A DNA stretch of 63,493 nt, counting the filler, from Licmophora abbreviata (Eukaryota): NCBI GenBank assembly GCA_900291995.1. It is 7 parts of 7 records of this genome, joined end to end, with 100 filler letters (N's around TTAATTAATTAA, not from the genome) between each part and the next. Parts side by side here need not be neighbours in the genome. Positions count along the whole stretch, not along the records: positions 1 to 16,578 come from OLMU01000467.1; positions 16,679 to 28,042 come from OLMU01000469.1; 5 more parts are not named here. One strand, written 5' to 3'. Below are positions 12,262 through 24,603 of the stretch, in pieces. Each line of letters starts with the position of its first letter. Position 1 is the stretch's first letter. The position numbers and the translations under genes were made by a program. The notes below the pieces were generated by a model. The model was not told the DNA's origin, made no database searches, and saw only the letters and a program-made list of their open reading frames with translations.

Positions 12262-14088
12262 CTAAGGAAGGTAGAGCCCCACGTTGGATGATGTGTGATG
12301 CGTGTTCCCGTCAGGGGGGTGCTGTAGCACTGACATAGCTTGTGTACCTTGCTCTAGTTGCTGTGCTTGCGATGGCGTGGGCCACACTGGAGACCACTCT
12401 CGCGTCTGAACATGGACGGAGTCGCGAGGTGCCGGGTCCGCCTGGAATGGCAGGGAAGGTGGACGGATCGACCCCACAGGCCCCGTTGCTCTTCCCCGTG
12501 GCCGTTCGCTCGACGTGAACGTGTACCTTGAATTGGCAGCCATCCTGCCTGTCGGCCGCTCGCCTTGGAAAGAAGACGGGCTCGGAGGAGCCTGGTCTCC
12601 GGAGGGACCTTGAACGGGCCCATACCCAGGAGTAGACGGCGGAGAGGTTGGATCTGCATGGATCTGACTATAGCTTTTCGACGCAGCATCTTCGGGGGTG
12701 TCGAGCATATTGAGCAACGCTGATGTCATCATAGAGAGACCTTCATCGGCGGTCGCATGATGCTGCTCGTTTGGCTGACGGGAATGAGAGTCCGTGCGTC
12801 CACTTGAAGGAGAAGCATGCGAGCGCATAGTACTGTGATGCGCCACGTGATGTCCGCTATCCGGCCAGATCCGAACACCGGAAGGATGTCCACTGCCAGC
12901 TGCATTCCATGAAGAGTCCGGATGCACCCTGGCACTATTATCGCTCGCACTGCTTCCGAACGACTCACCGCGATTGCGTCCCACAAGATTGTTGTCGCTA
13001 CTATTTGTAGTAAGGGCAACGCGACTGCCACTGCGGTACATCACAGCCGGATGCGCCTGGGTCGACTCGTTCTCGCTCAACGTGTTTAGACTGCCGCCAC
13101 TTCCAACGCGTGTTCGAACCCAAACGCCAGTCGCATTTGGATCTCCAGTCTGTGAAATGTACTCGAACCCGGATGAGGCAGTTTCGTAGGACGATGACAC
13201 GGACGACGAAGAAGACTCCTGGCGCATACTTGGCGTCGACGGTGCACCCGTTGTAACATAGTACTCGGTACCTTCGGCGACACCGCCGTTACCGACCTGT
13301 CGATATTGCGGAGTACCACTCGCCGGGTTGTTAACCGTAACAACGGCAAACTGACCATCGGCAACGACGTAGTGCACAGGTGGACCCTTTGGTGGAGCTC
13401 GAGATCGTTGCTGAGCTACCTGGCTGTAGTTCGCCGGAGTTGGCCTTTGCCTCCTGGAGCGGTCGTCAGCCGTGATGGGTTGCTGAGAGACTAGCTGCGT
13501 AGGCTGCGGCTGTCTCGTTGACAGTGATCCTTGCGAGTTCGCCCTCTTGCGTTGATGAACGGTAACGGGATGGTGATATCTGCAGGTAGCACCGTACTTG
13601 CATCGGCCATTCCGCAGAAAGTAAATGCAATCCGGTTCCCCAGGACGTTGCGGTAAAAACTGGAGAGTCATTCCCGGCGTTGCCGTCGGATCACCACCTA
13701 GAGAATTTAGTAGCATTTGCTGCGAGGCTACTTCGCCGCCCCTTCCGACATTCATCACGACAGCATCATTCATCACGACAGCATTCCCACTGAGTAGCGC
13801 AGTCGTGACGGCAGACTGGGGAGGATGGTGGAACTTACAAGCTTGCCCGAACTTGCATGTTCCGTGCTTCATGTAGTACTGGCAGTTCGGTTCATTCGGC
13901 CGAACAGGAAACAAGGGCTCCGACGGATCGATTGGCATTTTTATGCCGCCCCCGATCTGCACGTTCGGGGGGTGATTGTACTTGCAGGATGCTCCGTACT
14001 TGCATCGGCCGGTGCGAAGGAAGTCTCGACAGTCTTCCATGGGAGCGTCGCCACCCACTCTCTGAGTGTAGTGCGGAGGGGCCGCCAT
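12262..14088 (-). CDS. CCCH zinc-finger RNA-binding protein (three C-x8-C-x5-C-x3-H fingers, long low-complexity C-terminus)
   Basis: [78 protein letters not shown]. Confidence 0.9.
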   Translation of the reverse strand: MAAPPHYTQRVGGDAPMEDCRDFLRTGRCKYGASCKYNHPPNVQIGGGIKMPIDPSEPLFPVRPNEPNCQYYMKHGTCKFGQACKFHHPPQSAVTTALLSGNAVVMNDAVVMNVGRGGEVASQQMLLNSLGGDPTATPGMTLQFLPQRPGEPDCIYFLRNGRCKYGATCRYHHPVTVHQRKRANSQGSLSTRQPQPTQLVSQQPITADDRSRRQRPTPANYSQVAQQRSRAPPKGPPVHYVVADGQFAVVTVNNPASGTPQYRQVGNGGVAEGTEYYVTTGAPSTPSMRQESSSSSVSSSYETASSGFEYISQTGDPNATGVWVRTRVGSGGSLNTLSENESTQAHPAVMYRSGSRVALTTNSSDNNLVGRNRGESFGSSASDNSARVHPDSSWNAAGSGHPSGVRIWPDSGHHVAHHSTMRSHASPSSGRTDSHSRQPNEQHHATADEGLSMMTSALLNMLDTPEDAASKSYSQIHADPTSPPSTPGYGPVQGPSGDQAPPSPSSFQGERPTGRMAANSRYTFTSSERPRGRATGPVGSIRPPSLPFQADPAPRDSVHVQTREWSPVWPTPSQAQQLEQGTQAMSVLQHPPDGNTHHTSSNVGLYLP

Positions 14089-15466
14089 CTTTACGGGAAA
14101 GTCTCTTTTAGGTGAAAGATGCTCCAACTTCCTCGACTGCGACTCAAAGCGTTTAGTCAACAGCAAGCTCTCCTCCACACCGTTTCAAAAAGATAACCTC
14201 AAGGCGTCCTTCGCTTCCACGCCGCCACAAAGACCGCCGTCTCGCGAAGCTCTTTTCCTTTGGTGAACTTTTCTGTTTGCCTTCCGTTTTACAGATCGAG
14301 GCAGTGGATCGGTCTCGATAACTTTCCAACAAGTTTGAAGTAAAGATCTCGCGATGCATTCGACACGGTGCAAGCACGGCTGACTTTTCGGGAGAAGGCT
14401 TGAGAATTCTTCCTGTCTGCTGCACGCTTCAATTTCCCGATGAGGAACTCTTACGTTTCCACAGAAGCTGTCCTCTTGATGGGAGGTATAAAGGCAATCT
14501 CTCTCGATCAATTCAGGTCGTAATGACAGAGACGGCAATCGTATCGTGGACTCTGTCTTCGGTCGATTCGTTTCGCTCTTATGCTTTTACAGAACAAATT
14601 GGCCAAGAATTCTGATGAAGCGAGAAGGGAGGGTCAATCTGTGAGATTCGATGTCGGAGTCTAATTGAGGAACGTCTTGATACAACTCATTATTAGAAGC
14701 GACTTCAAAAATGTCCTCTCTATAATCAGAAAACATCCATCACGGATTTGGTTCCGAATCTCGAGCGGCACTTGACCTGGTTGAGGAGGCGAAACTGGAA
14801 GCCCATGATGGGCAAAGGGAAACGGCAAAAAAATTCTTTGCCCCCAGTATTCTCTCCAGACGCTTATTGAGCGAGGCGACCCACTCATCTGTTGCAATGC
14901 TTTACTTACAGAGCTGAAACTGTCCTCTCAATTCACTTTCGACCGCTTTGTCTTTTGAGCAGCTGGTGTGCCTGCAGTCCCGCGACCGCAAAGAACTTTC
15001 ATTGGCGTGCTGGCATGACGTGCGACGTTTTTACTATAAGAGTTGGCGTCGACTCACAAGTTGTCATTTAAATGTTTCTACATGTCTGAAGCTAAATATT
15101 TTGATCCTGTAACTTGTGACGTTGATTACCAGAACCTCTGTAGAAGCAACATGTGAACATGTGGCGATGTTGAAGCAACAGCTGTACATATGTCTATCTG
15201 TCGACCGATGCTAGTCTACCACTCGATATGAAACCGGTCTACTCCGAGTAGGTTCCTCCTACCCGAGTAGTAACTAGAGCAAACTGGCAGGTTGTTCACT
15301 CTCACTAATGATAGTAAAAACAGCACCTCTGATACAAGATGCAACCATCTGGTTCTACTCACTTTAGTTAAGACAAATCACAATCGCAACACTCATTATC
15401 CGGCTTGGACCCCAAAGTGCCGTCACGTTCAATTCAACGCTTGATTGACCCTACCCTCTACTCTCT

Positions 15467-16578
15467 CTAAGATGACGAGCCTGGAGAGTCGGGGGCGTTA
15501 TTGCTTGGTCGGATAATAGTCCAAGTTACAACGCAATCAGTCGTCTTGGAATGGTTCTGGAGACGATAGCAGTTTCCTGGAGGCACGCGGAACATGTCGC
15601 CAGGGCCAAGGAGGAATCGCTGGGCCGTCTTCGGATCGATCAAACCTTCGGGTTCGTGTGGATCACCGTAGGCCACTTCAAACGCCCCTGCCTGGCCATG
15701 ACAGACGGTAAAGGCGAGGGCACAGGCGCCTGAAGACTCGGGATCCTTGACGCCCTTCGGTGGTAGAACCAGGTTGCCCGCAATATAGCCAACAAACTGG
15801 TCGTCGTCCGTGGGAACGTTGAAGGCCTGTGTAGCCTTCCCAGAGACCTTCCCTTCGGACTTTTTGCGCTTGCTCGAGACCGGGAGTTCGGTATAGACCA
15901 TGTTGTCAGCGAAGGAGACGACCTCTGTTCAAGACAGAAAGTGGCAATTGGCGAGAGAGTCAGCAACAGATCGAACTAAACAGAGACACAGCCTTGCGTC
16001 GCAAGCTTACTCGAACTTACTCATGTCGACGGAGGATTCATTCGGTTCATCCCAAATGTGCGCCTCCTCTCCGTTGATAATGTCGTACTTTTTGCGAAGC
16101 TTGGTACTGTCAAATGGGGTCACGTCCTGGTTGGACGCCGACGCCTTTACACTCTTTTTGGGTTTGCTACCACCAGTCTTCTTTGTTACAACGCGTTTCT
16201 TGTAAGGCGTCGGTTTTGCCATCATCAGACTCGACACGACGGGCATCAATCCCATGGCTTCTGCCAATGCCCCTTCTTCTTGGTGCGCCTCGTATATCGC
16301 GCGCTCGTTCTTCCAATACGCCAATGGCCGGTACTTGGCTCTCCTCGATCGCCGCACGCCATCGTCTGCAGGAGAGTCTTTGTAGTCAGAAACTGGAACG
16401 GCCGTGTATTCGCGAGGTCCGGATGGATACCCAGTCGGAGATGCTGCAAACACGGCCTTCTTTCTTGACTTGCGGGCCTTCTTGCGCGCCGGAGTCGTTG
16501 CCGCTGTATCGTCGTCCGAGTCGACAATCGTATTCTTTTCTTCTTGCGCTTCTCCTTGCGCGCCCTCTCCTCACGAAC
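15467..16578 (-). CDS. CENPC: Centromere protein C (CENP-C/Mif2), 3' part; intron 15925..16020; 5' part lost in the gap
   Basis: CENP-C motif VRRSRRAKYRPLAYWKNER and C-terminal cupin (GNLVLPPKGVK..GDMFRVPPGNCYRLQN). Confidence 0.85.
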
Positions 16579-16678
16579 NNNNNNNNNNNNNNNNNNNNNN
16601 NNNNNNNNNNNNNNNNNNNNNNTTAATTAATTAANNNNNNNNNNNNNNNNNNNNNNNNNNNNNNNNNNNNNNNNNNNN
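16579..16678. other. Artificial scaffold gap (N44-TTAATTAATTAA-N44)
   Basis: Identical 100-nt spacer with stops in all six frames; recurs six times in the window. Confidence 0.98.
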
Positions 16679-17047
16679 ATAAGGCCGACGTCTCAAGACC
16701 AACGAATCGACAGTTCTAGAGAGCCTTAGAGCAAGCATAGTTCACAAACAATCGAGATACCGCGGCTGTCGCAAGAGACGACCATCGTCATCACCGCCGA
16801 CGGCGTCATGTGTGGATATGCTCGCGTTGTGCTGTCAGATTTCATCTGTCTGTCCGGCGCTCCGGCGATCCAATGTGGTTCTATGGCCCTAGAAATCTAC
16901 GTTGTAGTTCTACCACAGACACTCAATCCACTTCAACCATCTCACGATGGCACTTTGAACTTGCTAGGTCGACCGCCGGGTGTGTGTGCTGTCTAGTGCT
17001 GTCGCAATCCTGCTGTCTTACTTGAGGCGTTCGTTGCAACCATCATA

Positions 17048-17851
17048 ATGTCGAGCGAAGAAGAGGAGTTCATTGACAATGAGAAAGTGGAGGAGGAAGA
17101 AGAAGATTTTCAGGAGGACGATGACGACGACGAGCCCTTGTCGTCGCTCAAGCAGCCGTCTTCGCCGGCGGCTGCTCCTGCCAGCGACAGTGATGACAGC
17201 GAAGATGATATACCGCTAGCAGCTCTCAAGTCACCTGATACCAAGAAGAAAGAGGCAACGAAGAAGAAAAAGGAGACTCAGAAGAAGAAGGCCGCCAAAG
17301 CGCCGGTGGCCAAGAAGAAGACCAAGGCCAAAGTTCCCAAGCCGACGACCAAGAAGCGAACGTCGAGTGCTCCCGCCACGCCGACCAAGACGGGCTCCTC
17401 CAACTATCGATCTGCCTCTGCGGCCTTGTATGCTGACAGCTGTCGTAAGGGGCAGCTCATTCAAAAGCTATTGTGTCGCTGGTGGTACGCTATCCAGTGG
17501 CCTGACTTGGAGGATCTGCGCCCCCCTCTACACTACGACGCGCTTGATGGAATGCCAGGGGTCTTCATCGCGACTTCGGGAAGTCATGTGGGGCAGATTC
17601 TAGACAAGCGCGACAAGACCAAGTGTCCAAGCTTTGAGAATCTGGCGAGAAAGTCGTCTACTGAGTTGCAGGAGCTCTTGCTAATGGCACTTGAGGGACA
17701 GAAGAAGGCACTTATTGAAGAGGAGGGTACTGGAACAGACTCGGAAAAGGAAATTGAAAAAATCGTCAAGTGGGCGCAGAAGATAAAAGGGGATGCGGCT
17801 GATAAGGAGGCGACAAAGTTCTTGAAAGCTGCCAAGGTTTCCTTGACGTAG
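17048..17851 (+). CDS. Hypothetical, probably nuclear protein: acidic N-terminus, Lys-rich linker, globular C-terminal domain (LLCRWWYAIQWP)
   Basis: 267-aa ATG-initiated ORF with coding-like composition; DDEPL and DDIPL motifs; family not named. Confidence 0.8.
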   Translation: MSSEEEEFIDNEKVEEEEEDFQEDDDDDEPLSSLKQPSSPAAAPASDSDDSEDDIPLAALKSPDTKKKEATKKKKETQKKKAAKAPVAKKKTKAKVPKPTTKKRTSSAPATPTKTGSSNYRSASAALYADSCRKGQLIQKLLCRWWYAIQWPDLEDLRPPLHYDALDGMPGVFIATSGSHVGQILDKRDKTKCPSFENLARKSSTELQELLLMALEGQKKALIEEEGTGTDSEKEIEKIVKWAQKIKGDAADKEATKFLKAAKVSLT

Positions 17852-18042
17852 AGGTAGTCACGCGGTGGCGCGGCGTACGTGCTAGTGACGACCATTGTCG
17901 ACTCGGGGTGTTGTTGTCTGTCGCTAGCCACTACTGTAGACGTGCTAACTATATAATGCTACATTAAATAGCATGGAAACTTTGTCGCTTCGGCACGTTT
18001 TCTAGTATATTAGTTACCAACGGTGGTATGATCTGCAATCCG

Positions 18043-21000
18043 CTATCCATCGTGGTGAAGTCCACGCTCGCTTGCTTCTTCTTCCTTTCGTATATCAGGA
18101 CGGATCTGATTGCGCGCACCAAGCAATGTATACGATATGGCTTCACTTGCCGCGCCGATTGGAGCCATGACAGCGACAGGAATGCCCCTCATAACACTCC
18201 TCGCTGCTCCAGAGGGACCGCTTCGGTGGTACTCGCGGTACGGCACGATCACTACCTTGTAGTTGGCTGTTTCTATTCCGCGAGCGATACTCTCGAGGGC
18301 ATGTTGCGCAGTGTCGCCGACTCCGCGCGGTGTGCCCCGTGGTCGGGAGGGGAGCGGCGAATTCGTTTCGCTAGAGGCCGCAAGGGGTCGAGCCACCAAG
18401 CCCCTCGACGACAGCGTCTGGGCGGTTAGCCCTGCTATCTTTGCAGTGGTGTTGAGCGTTTCATAGGCAACTGTTTCCGCAAACGACGACGCGCCCGAAC
18501 GAATGGCACGCGCCACACCGCCACCGTCTCTGTACGCTTCAAATGGAAGAACGAACATATCTGCCGCGCCGCCTCCTACGCTCGCGAACGGCCGGAAAGG
18601 GCTGGCATTGGCTACGAACTTGTACATTTGAGTTGCACAAATGTCTTCAATCCAGCGTGCAAGCATCTCTCGGAGGACAGCGCCAAAGCCTACGAGGCTA
18701 TCAATGACGACGCCCTGGAGAACGATCACCATGTCCGACAGAGGGCTCAGATTGATCAGTTCGACGTAACTTCCGTCACGAAGGGCGTCGACGTCCATCC
18801 TAATAGGTCGATAGTCGACCTTCATTTTGCAGGGCGTAACCTTGAACCATAAGAACTTTGGAGGAGGGATCTCAGTCAATTCAAGAGTGCGAAGCCATTG
18901 GTGTTTCGAAGTCTCTTCTCTATCGTCGTTGTTGGAAAAGAATGCTTGCGCAAAGCGTAGCGCCCGCTGGTCCAATCGGGCGCGGAGCGGGAGAATCTGC
19001 AGCCTTGCGATGCTTTCATCATTCATGAGATGCCCGTCGTCGCCAACTCGTTTCGCTGCATGCCAGGTAACCATCTGGAGAAACGATGAGTGAGATCATC
19101 GTCGAAACATCACACTCGCAAGACACGGCTATCCTCTTACCTTCATCATTATCATCCCGTCGGTGGACACTCGGGGGTGTTCCACTTCGTTGAACCACTC
19201 TCCAAGAAGTTTCACAGGCTTTTCGCTACTGATGGTCTCAGCTAGGAACAGATCTAAGATAACCATGTCCAAACAAGAAGCAAGCCTGTGGTCTTTGGAG
19301 TCGGCGAAATTGTCGACGCGAACCTTCAGACCCGACAAGGAGACCTGAAAGAATCTATTCATTCGACGAGCCACGCGACGATATTCTTCCTGTTTCTGTA
19401 GTATTCGCCCTCTCTCCTCTGGTAATGGCGCGTCCTGAAAGGTACTGCCACTACTCTCATGGTCTTGTTTCTCAAGTAAGTCCGTAAGGAGTTGTGTTTT
19501 CGTTGCGACTTCTGCCGGTGACAACTTCTCATTCATGTTCTTGTCAACATGCTCCTGGACTCTTTCCCGCATTTCCTGTCGACTTTTCAAACTCTCTTCA
19601 ATGATGAAATGATGACTCATTTCTTGTTGATCTGGAGCACGCTTGCGAGCATGCGGCCAATCGTATCCGTCGAAGAAGCGACATCGCAGGTTAAGGTCCC
19701 TAATGATAATCCTGGAGTGAACCGCCGGTGTCGATTGCGTACTGGCATACTTTGCAGCGTCCATGTCTGTGTGAGAAAGTGGGTCCGACACCGGCTGCAG
19801 CTGAATGTGGTTCGAGATGATATTCAAATGTCTTGGCTTTCGTTCATTGGTGACCTCGGCGGCATTGACATGTCCCGCGAAGATACGAACAGCGTCTATG
19901 CCGAGCTCTGATGAGGCGGTGGAGCTTGACTCCACACCGGTGTCGGAAGTGGGATACCATTTCGCAGACTGCTCGTCACCTGCCGACAGACCACCATGCT
20001 TTGACCACTCGTGATCGACCGTCGTCCAATCGTACCCATCCAGCGCAAATGCATCCTTGTCAAGACGTGGATCTCCTTCGTTTGGCGCAGTCGACTCCAA
20101 GGTGTTCGCATCCGCTTGCACATTCGATGCAGCAGGAAGGGAATCACCGGACCGACTATCGTAGAATCTTTCGCTTGAACTAAGGTCGTCTTGTTTTTCT
20201 ACTGACTTCACGTGATGCGCTTTGAGAATTTCTACGGCTTCTCGAGTGTGAGATGCCATGCGCAGCTGTAACTCAGCAATTACACTGGTGAAACAGCTAA
20301 AGGAATCATTGCACCCGTAGAGGCACAAGTTTCCGAAAGATAGGGATGTCGTGACTTTTGGCTCAGAAGAAGCTTGCAGATTCTCGCCCAACTCGCAAAA
20401 GACCAGAGAAAGCGTCATGTCGGCAGCGTCGAGTGTTAGCATAGTTACCAGATGCATGGCTTGTAAGGCCTTCACAGGCGACCTTGGCTGGTTGACAAGC
20501 AAATCGCGAGGAAGAAAGATCGTCGCTGCTCGGGTCAACAGAGAGTTCTCCGGTTTGTGGTCAAAACGTTCGTTGCATAGCTGTATAGTTATGTCGCCCA
20601 GCGAAACCTTGTACGCCTGTGCTGGACCGGACGGCAGTACTATGTTGCTTGAAAGCCGACAATCGCCCACACGAGCGATAATTCTCCCCGGAGTGTCGAA
20701 CATTAATGACGAGGTATAGTCAACGGTACAATCTGCAAGTGATACGAACAACTGCAGGGGGTCGTACCGAAGAAGTGGTGTATGAGCATAATATGCTCAA
20801 TGAAGAACGGCATTAGCTGTTTCGGGCTTACCTTGACCAATGAAGTCTTTGAAGTCTGAAGATCCGTATCTCTTGAATTCCTTGTATTGTCTTTCCGTGA
20901 CTTGCTTGATGGAAGAAGACGCTGAAGTCTCTCTTGCCATCGTGAGTCTACGCTATACCGGTGAGTGATATTATACAGCGTAAAATGAACCTTCCAACCG

Positions 21001-24000
21001 GCGTTCTTCTCAACGCTGCCAGTGGTTTGCAATGAAATCAGATCAAGAAGAAGCGATGGGCTTTCTGGGGACAGCTCGGTAAAAAGCTGAGATCGAAAGA
21101 ATAATGGCCGAACGTCTGACAAATCATTGGGCAGCGTGCGTTTCCGAATTCCTTCACAGCGATCTCGAGACGTCTGCAGCACAACCTCCTTGTTCTCGTA
21201 AAGCACCCCGATAAGATCACAACCTTGAATTCAAACGAGACAATGGTTGTGAGGTCAGACAGCACAAAATCATGACCAGTAGGAAAGACGCCCAAGTGAA
21301 TTTGAACTCACATTCCAGAAGATTTGTTTCGTGTCCCATTATCCTAACATTTGTTACACGGGAGCGTGTTACCACTCCATGCACCCTGAAGCCTTCAAGC
21401 ATAAGTTTGTAGGAGTACCATTTCGAGTCAAAGTTATCGCCCTCGCCATCTCTCGTGTGAGCAGCCAAGCTCGCGTGGTCAATCTTGACAGCAAGCGCAG
21501 TGCATCTCTGTTGTGACTCGGACTCGTCCACAATCACAGACACAGTTTTGGCGCCGCCAGATTTGGTACGCAACGCGTCGCTCAGCATTTCCTGGAGGGC
21601 GACTGCCTCCGTGTACGTGAGATCCCCAATCATATCCGGAATCTCCAGGCTGAGGAGCGAGTGGCACTTTGCCGCAGCCTCTACCATCAAAGTCTGAGGG
21701 TCGGCAGCCCGCACTGGGGACTCGAACAATGCGGACGAGTTGGAATCACCACGTGACGAAAAATAGCGACTGCCTTGCTCGTCCTCATCGTCATCGTCTT
21801 CTTGACGAGCCTTAAAAGATGACACGCTCGGAACGACAGGAAAACCAATTTTCCCGAGTTCCTCCTTCTCGTTTGTTGTGACAGCACGGCGATAGGAAAG
21901 CGATATGGGGGCGGCACCAGTCATAGAAAGGATGTCCATCCGACACATTGAAACTGCAACGCCTTTCGTATCTAAGTGCGGGTATATCACACTCAAGACA
22001 ATTGTCGAAGACGAAGCTTCAACGGTCAAAGGAAACGAGGCTCTGTGTACAGCTGATGGAGCGCCAGCGTCCGGGTTCTTGAAGCTGTCGTTTTCAACGA
22101 GGACTGACAGCGAAGCAGATCGAATTGCGAAATCAAGTGACGGGTATCTCGTGACAGGGTGACCGTACAGCGCGTATCCACATCTTCCGAAGGGCGAGCT
22201 AAGCAAATTGAACCCAGTGGTCGAGGGGGGCTCAGTCGATATCGGTATAAGAGGAACTTGTACCGAGACCGACGGACTAGTAACCGACAACTGAAAAATT
22301 CCTCGTCTGACCGCACTCTCCAATTCTTCTACACCATCCTTGTCGTCCCGACTCTCGATTGACCTAGTGCCCGCACCCTTCACCTTATCCAGCAAACGAT
22401 TAACATTCCATAGGGTTGAAAGGCGTATGATGAGCTCAACTGGCTCTAGACTGACATCCAGTCTAGTTTGTTGTCGGGCCGACTGAGACAAGAAGCGCAG
22501 CGATAAACATGGAGCTTCGGAGACAACTGCATTCGAGATTTCTATATCATCCTGGAGAATCGGTGGAAAGGGTAAGTGACGACGCGTGTAGTGGGGCGAG
22601 TTCCGCAGGGCCTGTGACGTACCTGTATGAAGTGGAGTATTCGCCCGATCTCGTTGCCAACAATCGTCCCGGGAACCCGAATGGAATCCTCGATGGAAAG
22701 ATGCGACACGTCGAGTGACAACTCTGAGCCCTGATTTGAAACAGAAGCGGATGAGCTAATGTCGCCCATTCTTAGCAAAATGTAGCCATCGCCAAGAGGA
22801 TGATCGTGAGTCTGCCGCGGAAACTCTATCTTGATCCCGCAATCTTGTAGGTGAAGTTTAACCCGAGTATACACAAATTCCGTTTCATCGAGACCACCAA
22901 CGGAACCAAGCGCGCTCTTTTCCAAAACTGAGTTGTAGTGATAAAAACTGTGATCATTTGCGTCAAAGAAGGCATCAAACGCCATGAACGATCCATCGTC
23001 GTCATCCTCCGACGCGCTGCGGGGTATCAGAACCCCGCCACGGATCTCGTTTCGTGCAGCCAAAAGTCTTGCCTCTGTGTACTGCTTCATGATACCAGTG
23101 ACCAATTCCATATCTTCGTCATCGCGTGCGCTTGGGTCGGTTCGCTCCTCGACTGATTGTGGTTTCCCGCCTCCTGGTTTCAACTTCTGCGATGCCTCCA
23201 CCTCAGCAGCCACGTCGGCGGTGATGGCAGCGATACGATCAAGCGAGCCGTCATCAATCAAGATATTAAGCTTCTGGCTCAGTAACACCTCCACATCATT
23301 CTGAACATTGATTCCTTGTGAAGTGGAGCTGGGTGCAACAATCGACTGGCCCGATTTGTCATGGGGGTACTCAATCACACGCAGTGAGATTTGTCCGGTG
23401 CCCTCGGTTTTGCCGATAATAGATTCGGATGACTCTTCTGAGCACACCACATCTTCTCCTGTCATCAACGTGAGGCCAGAAAAATCAATCGCTTTATGGA
23501 GCGATGTCGTCGTCTTGGCCTTTTGGTCGACACGACAGGCAGAACGACTTTCAATGTCGTGATAGTACGCGCTTGCTAGCTGCACATTCACCCATCGTCT
23601 ATGTACACTGGACCGGTTGCAAAATTTGATCTGTAAGTCATTGACCTGAAGACTGAGTCGAAGTGACGACAGCGCTGCGTCGATGTACGATGAAATCATC
23701 GATGGCGAACCAGACTCCTTAGAAGACGATTGTGACTGCGCATGTACATCCACCAAAGGCGCAGCCGTCAGTGCCGCTTTCGCATCGGGTTCAATCTCAA
23801 TAGAGAGGCCCTCAAGTTCGACCTGCGCTACTAGAAATACTCCAGGGGGTGAACCATCTTCGGACACTGAGGAGGAAGTCCGTCCTAGCTGAAAGGCTTT
23901 CCAGGCAACGCTGGAAGAATAGTCTCGTGATTCAGGCTCCTCGAGCGACAAATTGATTCGCAACTTCCGTATCCTAGCTCGTGTGACTGAGATAATACCG

Positions 24001-24200
24001 ACACGAGCATCACCTCGTTTCGACAAGCGCAGCGTCAAGTATTCGGCATTCAGATCGACATCCGTAAAGACAAACTTCCCTTCTTGCAGAGACACCTCAA
24101 TCGACTCATGCAACTTTCGGAGCGAGTTCGCGGCCAAATACGGACCGACGATCCGGCGAATCAAGAATGCATATAGTCTCTGCTTCCATTGGCCATACAT
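18043..24200 (-). CDS. ATG2: Autophagy-related lipid transfer protein ATG2; introns 22552..22622, 21224..21311, 20752..20831, 19075..19140
   Basis: Chorein-N-like start (KQRLYAFLIRRIVGPYL), CRFFDGYDW, LQILPLRARLDQRALRF, KVDYRP..GSYVELINL and ATG_C (GIPVAVMAPIGAASEAISYTLLGARNQIRPD). Five ORFs splice in frame. Confidence 0.9.
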
Positions 24201-24603
24201 TGTCTTGCTTTATCAACAGAGTGGGATCAATGCAAGCTCCTCAAATGTTCTGTGTCGCTTGATGTGTCGTGTGTGTCGTCTCCCCGAAAAAAGCCCGGTC
24301 GTGCGTTGGAGTTAAATTCGGAGGCGGGCGGATGACGGCGAGACGGGAGCCAACAATTCGGTCCATGACGGAAGGCAGTCGACGGCACAGGTGGATAGGT
24401 CAGGTCTACTTTGCATAGCACACCTGAAAGGCGCGACGCGTCAAACGAAAAGCAAACCAATGCATTGCTACTAGTAAGGCCAAAAGAGTATTCTAGCCAA
24501 CACTCCATCAGACATGCAGCTGGGAAAGTTGAGTTGAGCATTATCTGCCCGATTTCGACATTACGATCACAGCAACAATTGACTCGGACGGACAATCGCT
24601 AGA

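Noticed and set aside
13751..13784. 18-bp tandem duplication ([12 protein letters not shown]) in the CCCH gene
   Set aside because: Ordinary in-frame slippage in a low-complexity linker.
16623..16634. TTAATTAATTAA palindrome recurring six times
   Set aside because: Always flanked by 44 Ns on each side; an artificial six-frame-stop linker.
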